A DNA stretch of 64,000 bases, taken from positions 448,001 to 512,000 of the forward strand of contig CALSNU010000003.1 in NCBI GenBank assembly GCA_943787795.1, written 5' to 3'. Both the position numbers and the translations under genes were made by a program. Positions 19,724-28,722 of the stretch are shown piece by piece (positions within the stretch are counted from its first letter, which is position 1; each line of letters opens with the position of its first letter). This DNA comes from an uncultured bacterium (lineage in GTDB: Bacteria > Planctomycetota > UBA1135 > GCA-002686595). The notes under the pieces are model-generated. The model worked only from the letters and a program-made list of their open reading frames with translations. It had not been told where the DNA came from and did no database searches.

Positions 19724-20713
19724 TCACTCGAAGCTGCCGTGGTGGCGATAGAAGAAGCGGTGGAGGACCTTGCCGTCACGGACGAGCTCGCCGTCCACGA
19801 AGTAGAGGGGGAGCCGCTGATCGCCAGCCTCGGTGCGCTCCGCGTTCATGGCGAGCCGGATGCGGTCACCCGCCTCCACGGAGAAGGGACGGACCGGGAA
19901 GAACGACTGACGCCAGTGGGTGGGCGGGACCATGGGGGAGCAGGACAGCTCCACGTCCGGGGTCAGGTCCACCTCGAACCAGCCGCCGAAGCCGTGCACG
20001 GTGCCGGCGCGCTCGACCAGGAGGGTCGCGGCGGTGGTGAAGAAGAAGTCATCTGCGCAGGCATGGTCGAGGTCGATGTCCAGCACGTCGGCGGGGGTGC
20101 CGAGGAGCGACGCCGGCTTGAGATCGCAGGCCGCGGTGATGAGGCTCTGCACCTCAGCCTCGATCAGGCGGGAGTAGTCGAGGCCGTAGACCGGGCGCTC
20201 CCACAGGCCGAGCCCGAGGTCCTGGTGCACGTGGCTGTCGTCCACGGGCGCGACGCAGAGCCGGAGGGTCCGCGGCAGCATGTGGCCGCCAGGCTTCATG
20301 TAGCGGTCGCGGGCGTCGATCACCGACTCGAACATCAGCTCAGCCAGGCCAAAGAAGCCCATCCACTCGGAGATGATGAGGTCGTAGTCCCCCTCGAGGT
20401 CCAGGTCCTCCATCCGTCCGCGGTGGAAGGTGATGCGGTCCCCGAGGCCGTTGTCGGCGGCCACGTCTCGGGCCACGTCGATGATGGCCGACGAGTCCAC
20501 CGCGTCCACGTGGGCGGCCCCAGCGCGGGCCGCGAACATCGACAGGATGCCAGTGCCGGTCCCCACGTCGAGCACGCGCTTGCCCTTCGCCACGGACTCG
20601 ATCGCCCGGCGATAGCTGTCCGTGCGGGCGTGATCCTGGATCATGAGCCGGTGGACGCCGGGGTCCGCGTAGCTCGCGAAGTAATCGTGGTCGCTCGAAT
20701 AGCCTTCAGACAT
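19724..20713 (-). CDS. Type I protein arginine N-methyltransferase-like protein (PRMT1-like)
   Basis: DYFASY, HRLMIQDHART, VLDVGTGTGILS, DLIISEWMGFFGLAELM (double-E loop), MKPGG, WERPVYGLD (dimerisation arm), PTHWRQ (THW loop). Confidence 0.88.
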   Translation of the reverse strand: MSEGYSSDHDYFASYADPGVHRLMIQDHARTDSYRRAIESVAKGKRVLDVGTGTGILSMFAARAGAAHVDAVDSSAIIDVARDVAADNGLGDRITFHRGRMEDLDLEGDYDLIISEWMGFFGLAELMFESVIDARDRYMKPGGHMLPRTLRLCVAPVDDSHVHQDLGLGLWERPVYGLDYSRLIEAEVQSLITAACDLKPASLLGTPADVLDIDLDHACADDFFFTTAATLLVERAGTVHGFGGWFEVDLTPDVELSCSPMVPPTHWRQSFFPVRPFSVEAGDRIRLAMNAERTEAGDQRLPLYFVDGELVRDGKVLHRFFYRHHGSFE

Positions 20714-20877
20714 GGGCGGGAGGGTGCCAGAGGGTCGGGTCACGGGGTTCAGAATTCGGCGGTTGGCAAGAAAAGAGCATTGGGGGCAAGGAGCGCCGCT
20801 CGATGGCTGAGGGCAGGGAGCGCGGGTTGAGCAGGTGATGGTTGAGATCGGACCTCGCGGGTTCCTATCGTCGTGCC

Positions 20878-22692
20878 ATGGCGAGCGAGACGACCCAGGC
20901 CGGTCCGGCCGCGCGCGCTGCCGCGGCAGGCGCGCTCGACCCCGGCGCCCTCTTCACGCTGGAGGAGGCGGCGGGTCGGGTGCGCGTTCCCATCGAGGAT
21001 CTCGAGGCCCGCTGCGACCGCGGCGAGCTGCTCTTCGAGACGCGCCGACGGGGCCGCCAGGAGGTGCGCTGCGTCCGAGGTCTTGATCTTGCGGAGGCCT
21101 TCCCCGGCGCCCCCGACCCAGCCCGTTCGTTGGGCAAGGGCCGCTCATCCGGCGGCGCCAGCGTGCCCGATCGACCCAGCCTGGGCGGGGGCGCGGCGGA
21201 CGGGTCGAATCCGCGCGAGCCCTCAGCGGCTTCCCCATCGGCCTCCCCGGTGACTTCCCCGGGGTCCCCTAAAGAGCCCTCTTCAGGTTCTTCTCTAGGG
21301 TCCTCTTCAGCGGGGACTGAGGCGAAGGACAGGGGCGGGGTGGCTGCGGATCCTGGGCGGGTTCAGTCCACTGCCGCTCAGGCCGCTGCGACTCAGGCCG
21401 CTGCGACTCAGGCCGCTGCGACTCAGGCCGCTGCGACTCAGGCCACTGCGACTCAGGCCACTGCGACTCAGGCCACTGCGACTCAGGCCGCTGCGACTCA
21501 GGCCGCTGCGACTCAGGCCACTGCGACTCAGGCCACTGCGACGTTCCCGGCGAGCGGACCTCGAGGCAGCGGACCTCGAGACAGCGGACCTCGAGACAGC
21601 GGAAACAGCGTCGCGGAGGCGGTTCGAGGCTCGGGGGCGAGCCGAGACGCGCTGATCGGGCTGTGCCAGGATCTGGAGACACGCCTGGACCTTGCCGAGC
21701 GAGAGCGTCAGGCGAGCACCGCCTCGTTGCTCATGGCCCAGCGGCACGTCCTCGACCTCGAGCTGCGAGGTCGCTCAGGGTCCTGGGTTCGAGCGGGTGG
21801 CGCCGCGCTGGGGCTCATGTCGGTCTCGGCGCTTGTCGTCATGGCGATGCTCCCCGGCTGGTTGGACGACCGAGCGGCCGGGCGCGAGGCGCTTCAGGGC
21901 GCCCAGCTCACGGCCGAGATCGGTCGGCTGGAAGCCTCCATGGGGTCGCTGGCCGCGGCCTCGGACGAGGAGCGAGCGGCGCTCTCTGCGCAGCTCGAGG
22001 CCCGTACTGCGCAGCTTGCGACCCGTACGGAATCGCTGGTCGCGGAGCGGCGTCTCGCGCTGCAAGCCATGGCGGACGCGGCGGCGGAGCGTGAGCGTGC
22101 GGAGGAGGTCCGGCTCGCGAACATCGAGCAGCTGAACCAGCTCGAGGAGCGGCTCGTGGCCTCCGACCGGCAGGCGGTCCGCCGCAGCGCTGAGCTCGGG
22201 GTCATCGTGGAGTCGAGCGCGCGTGATCGTGCGCGGTTCGACGAGCGCCTCGCCGCAGCGGAACGGTCTGCGGGGGCTGCGCGAGACGCCCTGAGCGAGG
22301 CCAGAGCTCGCTCCGCTGAGGAGCGGCGCCGCTACGAGGATCAGCTCGCCGCCGCGGAGGCGGAGCGTGCCGCCCAGCACGCCGCGCGCGCGGCAGAAGC
22401 CCAGGCGCTCCGGGCCGAGATCCGTGGATTGATGGCCGAGCTTGAGCTGGGTCAGACCCGAGCCGTCGCGGCGTTGGAGGCCGCGGAGGCAAGGCTCCTG
22501 ATCCAGATGGAGGACCGCACCACCTCTGATGGCGGGGTCTTCACGGAGGTCAGCGCCCCTGGCGCGGTCGCAGCGTCCGCCGCGGGGATGCCCCTCCCTG
22601 AGGGTTCAGTTCCCGTCGAGGTATGGGACCTCCCGGAGGCGCCGGCCGGGTCCTGGTGGACCCGGGCCCTTCGCTCGATGGTCGGCCGCTGA
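20878..22692 (+). CDS. Membrane-anchored protein: N-terminal MerR/excisionase-like HTH, repeat linker, TM helix, long coiled coil
   Basis: FTLEEAAGRVRVPIEDLEARCDRGEL; TM GGAALGLMSVSALVVMAML; A/E/R-rich heptads; C-terminal SWWTRALRSMVGR. Confidence 0.7.
   Translation: MASETTQAGPAARAAAAGALDPGALFTLEEAAGRVRVPIEDLEARCDRGELLFETRRRGRQEVRCVRGLDLAEAFPGAPDPARSLGKGRSSGGASVPDRPSLGGGAADGSNPREPSAASPSASPVTSPGSPKEPSSGSSLGSSSAGTEAKDRGGVAADPGRVQSTAAQAAATQAAATQAAATQAAATQATATQATATQATATQAAATQAAATQATATQATATFPASGPRGSGPRDSGPRDSGNSVAEAVRGSGASRDALIGLCQDLETRLDLAERERQASTASLLMAQRHVLDLELRGRSGSWVRAGGAALGLMSVSALVVMAMLPGWLDDRAAGREALQGAQLTAEIGRLEASMGSLAAASDEERAALSAQLEARTAQLATRTESLVAERRLALQAMADAAAERERAEEVRLANIEQLNQLEERLVASDRQAVRRSAELGVIVESSARDRARFDERLAAAERSAGAARDALSEARARSAEERRRYEDQLAAAEAERAAQHAARAAEAQALRAEIRGLMAELELGQTRAVAALEAAEARLLIQMEDRTTSDGGVFTEVSAPGAVAASAAGMPLPEGSVPVEVWDLPEAPAGSWWTRALRSMVGR
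21361..21603 (+). repeat. In-frame 15-nt tandem repeats: about 12x ACTCAGGCCRCTGCG (TQAAA/TQATA), then 3x SGPR(G/D)
   Basis: Ten exact units at 21391-21540 plus two degenerate units upstream; three AGCGGACCTCGAGRC units follow. Confidence 0.95.
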
Positions 22693-22744
22693 GGGGTGAT
22701 CCGCTCACGGGGTCACCCACAGGTGGCCCGGTGCCGCACGGCGC

Positions 22745-22801
22745 GCCTGTAGTTTCCCTCGAGGCCTGTGGTTCCCGGTAGGGCCTGTGGTCTTCCGGGT
22801 A
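22745..22801. repeat. Degenerate 19-nt intergenic tandem repeat (GCCTGTRGT...), 3 copies
   Basis: gcctgtagtttccctcgag / gcctgtggttcccggtagg / gcctgtggtcttccgggta. Confidence 0.55.
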
Positions 22802-22895
22802 GTCGGTGGTCTCCCGTGGGGCCGGTGGGCTCTGGTAGGACTGAGGCTCGGGCCGCTGGGGTCGACGGATGGCCTCAGCGGGTGCTCCAATGCCG

Positions 22896-23936
22896 TCAGG
22901 GGAGGAAGGTCACAGAGACGGCGTCGGTGGTGTTCGAGGTCGCAGCGCCCCCGCTCGCGTCCCGGAACCAGTACTGGAAGTTCCATGACTCACCAGCGTT
23001 GATCGACGCCGCGGACGGCAGCCCGGAGAAGGGGATGGGGAAGTTCACCTGGCCGGTGAAGCCCGAGCTCTGGATGAAGTTCGAGAGGCGGAAGATCCCA
23101 CCGCTGAGGCAGAGGTTGCCCTGCCCGCCTCCGAGCCCGGTGGAGAACCCCTGGGTCTCGGAGAAGATGAAGTACCCGAGCGACAGGGTCGGGAGGTTCG
23201 ATGCGTCGAGGGTGAGGGAGTTGGCGAATAGGCTCTGGGAGCCGGAGGCCTGGATGATCCCGGCGGCTCCACTGGAGTTGGCGACCGACGAGCAGTAGCT
23301 CGTCGGCGCAGGCGCGGTGTAGTCCGCGACGAGGCTGCCCTGGACGTCAAAGTCCGCGGTGACGCCGGAGCCAGGGTCGGAGAGCTGGAAGTTCAGCTGC
23401 AGGGGGGCGTTCAGGCTGAGCGTGGACCCGTTGGCCGAGATCGTTCCATTCAGGGGCTGAGGCGTGCTCATGGTCCCGGTCAAGTCGCCCACCGAAGGCG
23501 ACCCGCCAAGGGGCGTGATGGTCGACGTCCCGCTGACGGTGGTTGAGAAGAGATTCACCACGAAGCTCCCGCCGTTCACGCTCCCCGCGTTGGACTGCAG
23601 CTCAAGGCGGAGGTTGCTGATGACGATGGTCGCGAGCGCTGGCAAGAACGGGACGGGGTTCGGGATCTCGGCCACGAGGTCCGGCGTGACGAGCACGCTC
23701 TCTCCGGGAACGAATTGGATGGTCTGGATCGGGAGGCCGCCGGTGGTGGCGATGATGTTGCAGGCGCCGACCAGGGTGAAGTTCGGCGGGTTACCGACGA
23801 TGGGTCCCAGGGACGTGGAGCCAGAGAAGGTGAACTGCGAGGCTGCTTGGTCGACCGTGAACGTGGCCGGGCTCTGGGCTGTAGCCGTCGAGGCGAGCAG
23901 CGTGGAGAGCGCGCTGATGAGGAGGAGGTGTCGCAT
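22896..23936 (-). CDS. Secreted beta-rich hypothetical protein with the same C-terminal Cys-containing domain as 16048..17634
   Basis: Signal peptide MRHLLLISALSTLLASTATA; C-terminal SYCSSVANSSG...GQGNLCL...WNFQYWFRD...NTTDAVSVTFLP. Confidence 0.8.
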   Translation of the reverse strand: MRHLLLISALSTLLASTATAQSPATFTVDQAASQFTFSGSTSLGPIVGNPPNFTLVGACNIIATTGGLPIQTIQFVPGESVLVTPDLVAEIPNPVPFLPALATIVISNLRLELQSNAGSVNGGSFVVNLFSTTVSGTSTITPLGGSPSVGDLTGTMSTPQPLNGTISANGSTLSLNAPLQLNFQLSDPGSGVTADFDVQGSLVADYTAPAPTSYCSSVANSSGAAGIIQASGSQSLFANSLTLDASNLPTLSLGYFIFSETQGFSTGLGGGQGNLCLSGGIFRLSNFIQSSGFTGQVNFPIPFSGLPSAASINAGESWNFQYWFRDASGGAATSNTTDAVSVTFLP

Positions 23937-24064
23937 GGATCCGCTTCGAGAGTGCAGGGGGAGATCCTTCAATCCTGCCTCGCTGCTGGGGTTCGTGCCA
24001 TCTCCAGCGGATCCGGCATGCCCTAAGCTGGCGGTGGGAAGCCCCACCGTGTACACAACGATCC

Positions 24065-25720
24065 ATGGCTCAGGAAGAGACAGGCGACCTTGAGGGCGCG
24101 GCAAGCCGCCCCCAGCGCCGCTCCACGTCCCCGGAGGCGGCGTGGGATCCCGAGCAGTGGTGGTCCTTCGGCGAGGCCGCAGATCGGGCAGGCGTGACCC
24201 ATCGGACACTGCAGGGGTGGGCGGAGCGAGGGGAGGTGATGGTCCGGACGGCGTGGCGAGAGGGCACCGAGTTCCGGCTCGTGCGGGCGGGTGACGTCGC
24301 GCGCCTCGCGCCGGAGGCGGCTGGCCTTGTGGGGGAGTCTGCGCCGCTGGAGCAACGGGCCCTCTTCACCGGGCCGAGGCGGTCCGCCCTCGGGGCGGGC
24401 GCGCCGCCATCGCCGCTCAGCCCTGCGGGCGCGCAGCCGGCTCGCTACGACGACGATCGCGATGCCTTCAGGCGCACGGCCGAGCTCGAGATCGTGCGCC
24501 TCAGGGAGGAGCTGAGCTCGCTCCGCCGCCGAGGAGACGCTGGCTCAAGCCGCGCCGCGGCTTCACCGGCGCCCATGGACCTCTGGTCGATCGAGGAGCC
24601 CCGTCGCGCTGGCCTTCAAGGCGGGAGGCCCTGGGGTCCCCGGCGACTGGCCGTCTTCCTGGCCGGGCTGACGCTGGGGCTGAGCGTTGGCGTGGCCTGG
24701 GAGCGTGGTTCGCTCGCGGACCGCGAGCCTCTCGACGCCGCCCAGGGAGAGCCGGCCGGGACACCTGTCTCTCTCGCCGGGCTCACCGGACGGGACGGGC
24801 TCGCGGGACCGGACGGGCTCGCGGGACCGGACGGGCTCGCGGGACCGGACGGGCTCACGGGACCGGACGGGCTGGCGGGCTCCGGTGGTTCGGCTGGCGC
24901 CGCTGAGGCAGCTGGGCCGGCAGGTCCATCCAGCGCATCTGCGCTTGGAGACCCGACGCCTGGAGACCCGACGCTTGGAGACCCGACGCCTGGAGACCCG
25001 ACGCCTGGAGACTCGGTGGCTGGCACGGCCGAACCGGCGGTCGCCGGGCCGATCCGTGCTGCAAGCGTGGCCGCGATCACGGCCCCCAAGCTCGAGAAGG
25101 TCGCCCCTGGGCCAGAGGTCGCCCTTCCCCTCGGGCTGGGCGCGTGGCTCGAAGGGGGGCGCGGCGTGTCCTTCAGCTCACTGGACGGAGCTTCAACGTG
25201 TGCCTTCGGCAGCGGAGACCTCGCGACGCCCGCTTCGCGCTTCGTCCTCGGTAGCTGCTGGGGTGAACTCGCCCCGGGGGGAGCGACGGTCCTCGCGACC
25301 GACCGGGTGGAGGGGGTGGCGTGCTGCAAGCACCACGCGGCGGTCCAGCGCTTGAAGGGCGTCGCTTCGACGCCGCGGGCGCTCGAGGTCGCCATGAAGG
25401 AGGCCGAGCAGGCCGTCAGGGACGGGCTCCTGCCGCCCATGCTCGAGCTCCGGGCCGATCGTTCGGGGCTGCTCCTCGCGCGCGCGCTCACTGGAGGGTG
25501 GCGCGCCTCCGGCTTCGACGGTCCCGTGGCGGAACGCACCCACGTCTGGCGCCTTGCGGACGGACCCGAGGGGACGCCGGATGGCGTTGGGGCGCGGCTT
25601 GAACTCCACAGCTGGGTCGAGCGTGGCCTTGACGGCGCGTATGTACCGTTCCGCCTCGTGCTCGAGCTGGGCGGCAGCACGTCGGGGGATCGGGCCCTTG
25701 AGTTTCAGTGGCTCGAGTGA
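24065..25720 (+). CDS. Second membrane-anchored HTH protein with repeat-rich extracytoplasmic linker
   Basis: WSFGEAADRAGVTHRTLQGWAERGEV; TM LAVFLAGLTLGLSVGVAW; GPDGLA and GDPTP repeats; Cys-containing C-terminal domain. Confidence 0.68.
   Translation: MAQEETGDLEGAASRPQRRSTSPEAAWDPEQWWSFGEAADRAGVTHRTLQGWAERGEVMVRTAWREGTEFRLVRAGDVARLAPEAAGLVGESAPLEQRALFTGPRRSALGAGAPPSPLSPAGAQPARYDDDRDAFRRTAELEIVRLREELSSLRRRGDAGSSRAAASPAPMDLWSIEEPRRAGLQGGRPWGPRRLAVFLAGLTLGLSVGVAWERGSLADREPLDAAQGEPAGTPVSLAGLTGRDGLAGPDGLAGPDGLAGPDGLTGPDGLAGSGGSAGAAEAAGPAGPSSASALGDPTPGDPTLGDPTPGDPTPGDSVAGTAEPAVAGPIRAASVAAITAPKLEKVAPGPEVALPLGLGAWLEGGRGVSFSSLDGASTCAFGSGDLATPASRFVLGSCWGELAPGGATVLATDRVEGVACCKHHAAVQRLKGVASTPRALEVAMKEAEQAVRDGLLPPMLELRADRSGLLLARALTGGWRASGFDGPVAERTHVWRLADGPEGTPDGVGARLELHSWVERGLDGAYVPFRLVLELGGSTSGDRALEFQWLE
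24787..25013 (+). repeat. In-frame tandem repeats: 18-nt (GPDGLA) x5 and 15-nt (GDPTP/GDPTL) x4
   Basis: ccggacgggctcgcggga units from about 24787; ggagacccgacgcyt units from about 24947. Confidence 0.9.
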
Positions 25721-25721
25721 G

Positions 25722-26336
25722 GTGACGCCGCGAGCGTGGACTGACCGTCGCCGGTCTCTTGCGGGCTGGCTGATGGTCTCCCTCGGGGTCTTCCTTGCCT
25801 GGGGCGGAGAGCGGCGGAGCGCGGTGGATGGCGCGGGCCTGACGGCCGGGCCGGGCCTCGTCGTCGGGGTCGAGACCGACGCCGACCAGGAGCAGCGCTC
25901 GGCGCCGCTCTCGCTCCCGATCGACCGGCCTGACCGCGCGGGCCGGGCCGCGCGGTCCCTGGCCGCGGCGCTGTGCACCCTCGGTCTGCTGTTGGCGCTC
26001 CAGGCTCGACGCACCGGGCCCCACGGGCAGGCTGTGGTGCCGCGAGGGACACCGGGAGGGGAGCCGCTTGGCGACTCGCAGGTCGCCCAGCCCGGTGGGG
26101 TTGCCGATGGGGTGGCCGGTGGCGTTGCCGGTGGCGTTGCGGGAGGCGTGGCCGGGGGCATGAGAGCTGGCCTGGCTGGCGGAGTACGCCGCGGAGCTCG
26201 GTGGCTCTGGGCGGCGCCGGGGGCGATCGGAATCTTCTGGCTGATCCGCCCGGTGGCCGCTCCGGGCGACGGCCTGGCGCTCTCCGGCCTGCTGCTCCTG
26301 CTGAGCCTGTGCCTGCTCGCGGCCTGGCGCGACTGA
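25722..26336 (+). CDS. Hypothetical membrane protein with GGVA repeat
   Basis: GTG directly after the upstream stop; about 4 hydrophobic segments; (GGVA)n. Confidence 0.5.
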   Translation: MTPRAWTDRRRSLAGWLMVSLGVFLAWGGERRSAVDGAGLTAGPGLVVGVETDADQEQRSAPLSLPIDRPDRAGRAARSLAAALCTLGLLLALQARRTGPHGQAVVPRGTPGGEPLGDSQVAQPGGVADGVAGGVAGGVAGGVAGGMRAGLAGGVRRGARWLWAAPGAIGIFWLIRPVAAPGDGLALSGLLLLLSLCLLAAWRD

Positions 26337-26344
26337 CAGAGCCC

Positions 26345-26381
26345 CGGCAGTGGCTCCGGCAGTGGCTTCGGCAGTGGCTCC
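26345..26381. repeat. 12-nt intergenic tandem repeat CGGCAGTGGCTY x3
   Basis: cggcagtggctc cggcagtggctt cggcagtggctc between convergent genes. Confidence 0.8.
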
Positions 26382-26424
26382 AGGATGGCCCCGGACCCCC
26401 GTCCGGCGAGCGATCCGAACCCGG

Positions 26425-27300
26425 CTAGTCGGGACTGCGCTGTCCGGACCCGCGGGTGCCCAGGATCAGGGCGGCTGCGAGGAGAGCGAACGAGGTCGCC
26501 AGGGGCCAGGGCTCGGCCGGCTCGGAGAACGGCGGAGCCAGGGCCACCGTGACGGCCAGCGGCACCTTGAGGTTGTTCATCACCGCGAGCGACCCGACGC
26601 CCACCTGGGTGGCCCCTCGGTTCCAGAGGAAGAAGGCCAGGCCAGAAGGGATGAGGCCCAGGTAGGTGATGACCCCGACCTCGCGCGCGGTGAGCTGGAG
26701 ATCGGAGGCCGAGACCGTGCCGATCGCGATGGGGGCGGCGAACAGGAAGCCGCCGAGGAACATCCAGCCGAACCTGCCGGGAGTCGCCGTGGAGGGGGAC
26801 TCGAGCTTTCTATACAGGACAAGGCCTGCGGCCCATGCGAGGTTGGCGCCCTGCACGAGGCCGACGCCCTTCCAGTAGCTGGCGCCGCCGAGATCGTCCC
26901 CCAGGAATTCCCTGCGCAGCACGAAGGCGGCCGCCACGGCTAGCGCCGCTGCTCCCCAGACTCTCGCTGGAGGGTGACGGGTCACGTACCCCTCGAAGAA
27001 CACCACGTAGAGAGGGGTCGTGATCGTCAGGAGCGCGACCTCGTGGCCCTCGAGAAACCCGTAGGCCTTGTGGACCAGGAAGTACATCAGGCCGTACTGG
27101 AGCGCGCCGATGGCCACGAGTTGCGCCGCCCGGAGCTTCCCAGGCTTGCGCACGGCCCGCCTGGAGAAGGTCAGCGGCGCGAAGGCGATGAACGCGAGGC
27201 CCAGGCGCGCGGCAGTCAGCAGATTCGGGTCGATGTCGTTCGCGCCGATGAGCGCGAACGACAGGGACCAGAGCAGCGATGCGAAGAAGAGGAGGGCCAA
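26425..27300 (-). CDS. EamA/DMT-family transporter
   Basis: 291 aa, about 10 TM segments in two EamA repeats (LLWSLSF..., GLIPSGLAFFLWNRG). Confidence 0.88.
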   Translation of the reverse strand: MALLFFASLLWSLSFALIGANDIDPNLLTAARLGLAFIAFAPLTFSRRAVRKPGKLRAAQLVAIGALQYGLMYFLVHKAYGFLEGHEVALLTITTPLYVVFFEGYVTRHPPARVWGAAALAVAAAFVLRREFLGDDLGGASYWKGVGLVQGANLAWAAGLVLYRKLESPSTATPGRFGWMFLGGFLFAAPIAIGTVSASDLQLTAREVGVITYLGLIPSGLAFFLWNRGATQVGVGSLAVMNNLKVPLAVTVALAPPFSEPAEPWPLATSFALLAAALILGTRGSGQRSPD

Positions 27301-27356
27301 GGCCAGGGGGCTCGTGACCGGTGCCGGCCCGCAGGCTCGCGGGCGGGCGGCCGCGG

Positions 27357-28670
27357 TCAGTCGATCTTGTAGACCCCAGGCGTCGGGATCGGGTACAGCC
27401 CGTCGCTCCCCGGGAGGGAGCGCGGGACCGTATCCCAGGTGAGCTCCTCGACGTCGGGTCGCAGGAGCCGCGTGGAGTTCAGCGCCTCGTCCCAGGTGAT
27501 GGCCTGGCCCGTGTAGGTGGCCATGCGACCGAGGATCGCCGTCATGGTCGCCTCGGCGCCGCGGATGGCTTCGTTGTGCTCACGTCCGGTGCGGATGGCC
27601 TCGAAGAGCACGTCGTGCTCGCGCTGGTAGGCGTCGCTGTCCTTGCCCTCGAAGCGCCACTTGTCGCCGCCGTAGGTCTCGATGCGCCCGGCGCCCACGT
27701 TGCAGGTGCCGCCTGAGCCGTGAACGTGCTCGCTGACGCTGTTCCAGACCTGCTTCTGGTGACGGCATTGGCTGTGCATGCGCGTGCCGTCCTCATAGAT
27801 GTACTCCACGGCGTGGTGGTCGAAGATCTCGCCGTGCTTGGCGCCCTTGCGCACCTGGCGGCCGCCCATGCCGACGGCCTTCACGGGTGTCTGTCCCATG
27901 ACCCAATTGCCGACGTCGAGGTTATGGATGTGCTGCTCGACGATGTGGTCGCCGCAGAGCCAGTTGAAGTAGTACCAGTTGCGCATCTGGTACTGCATCT
28001 CGTTCCACTGGGCCTTGCGGGGCTTCACCCAGACGCCGCCGCTGTTCCAGTAGACGCGCAGGGCCACCGGCTTGCCGATGGCGCCGTCCTCGATGGCGCG
28101 GATCGTGTCCTGGTACTTGAAGCTGTGGTGCCGCTGGAGCCCCACGCCGACGCAGAGCTTCTTCTCCTTGGCGACGGCCGCCGCCTCCATGACCATCCGG
28201 ATCCCCGGGCCGTCCACGGCGACAGGCTTCTCCATGAAGATGTGCTTGCCCTTGGAGACCGCGTAGTCGAAGTGCTCCGGGCGGAACCCGGGAGGGGTGG
28301 TCAGGATGACCACGTCCACGTCCTCGTCGATGGCCTTCTTGAAGGCGTCGAACCCGACGAACTTACGCTCGTTCGGCACATCGACCGCGTCGGGGTGGGC
28401 AGCGGAAATGTTGGAGAGGGACTCCTCGAGCCGATCAGGGAAGGCGTCCGCCATGGCCACGAGCCGGTTGTTCCCCGTGTTGAGCGCCTGGCGGCAAGCG
28501 CCGGTGCCGCGGCCTCCGCAACCGATGAGGGCGACCCTCAGCTCGGCGTCTCCGGCGGCGGATTCCTGCGCCGAGGCGAGGGACGGAGCCGCCGAAAGGG
28601 AGGCGGCCGCGAGGGTGCCAGCGCCCTGAAGGAAGGTGCGACGGTCGAGGGGGGTGATCGGTTCACTCAT
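27357..28670 (-). CDS. Tat-exported Gfo/Idh/MocA oxidoreductase
   Basis: DRRTFL twin-arginine signal; LIGCGGRGTGA; MEKPVAVD; GDHIVEQHIHNLD. Confidence 0.92.
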   Translation of the reverse strand: MSEPITPLDRRTFLQGAGTLAAASLSAAPSLASAQESAAGDAELRVALIGCGGRGTGACRQALNTGNNRLVAMADAFPDRLEESLSNISAAHPDAVDVPNERKFVGFDAFKKAIDEDVDVVILTTPPGFRPEHFDYAVSKGKHIFMEKPVAVDGPGIRMVMEAAAVAKEKKLCVGVGLQRHHSFKYQDTIRAIEDGAIGKPVALRVYWNSGGVWVKPRKAQWNEMQYQMRNWYYFNWLCGDHIVEQHIHNLDVGNWVMGQTPVKAVGMGGRQVRKGAKHGEIFDHHAVEYIYEDGTRMHSQCRHQKQVWNSVSEHVHGSGGTCNVGAGRIETYGGDKWRFEGKDSDAYQREHDVLFEAIRTGREHNEAIRGAEATMTAILGRMATYTGQAITWDEALNSTRLLRPDVEELTWDTVPRSLPGSDGLYPIPTPGVYKID

Positions 28671-28722
28671 GGGATCGAGGCGGGAAGTGGGTGGCGGGGT
28701 GCAGCGACGGCGCGACCGTCTC

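Noticed and set aside
20764..20779. Sigma-54 promoter TGGCAAGAAAAGAGCA upstream of the first HTH gene
   Set aside because: GG-N10-GC spacing is right but the -12 element is GAGCA rather than TTGCA; too weak without data.
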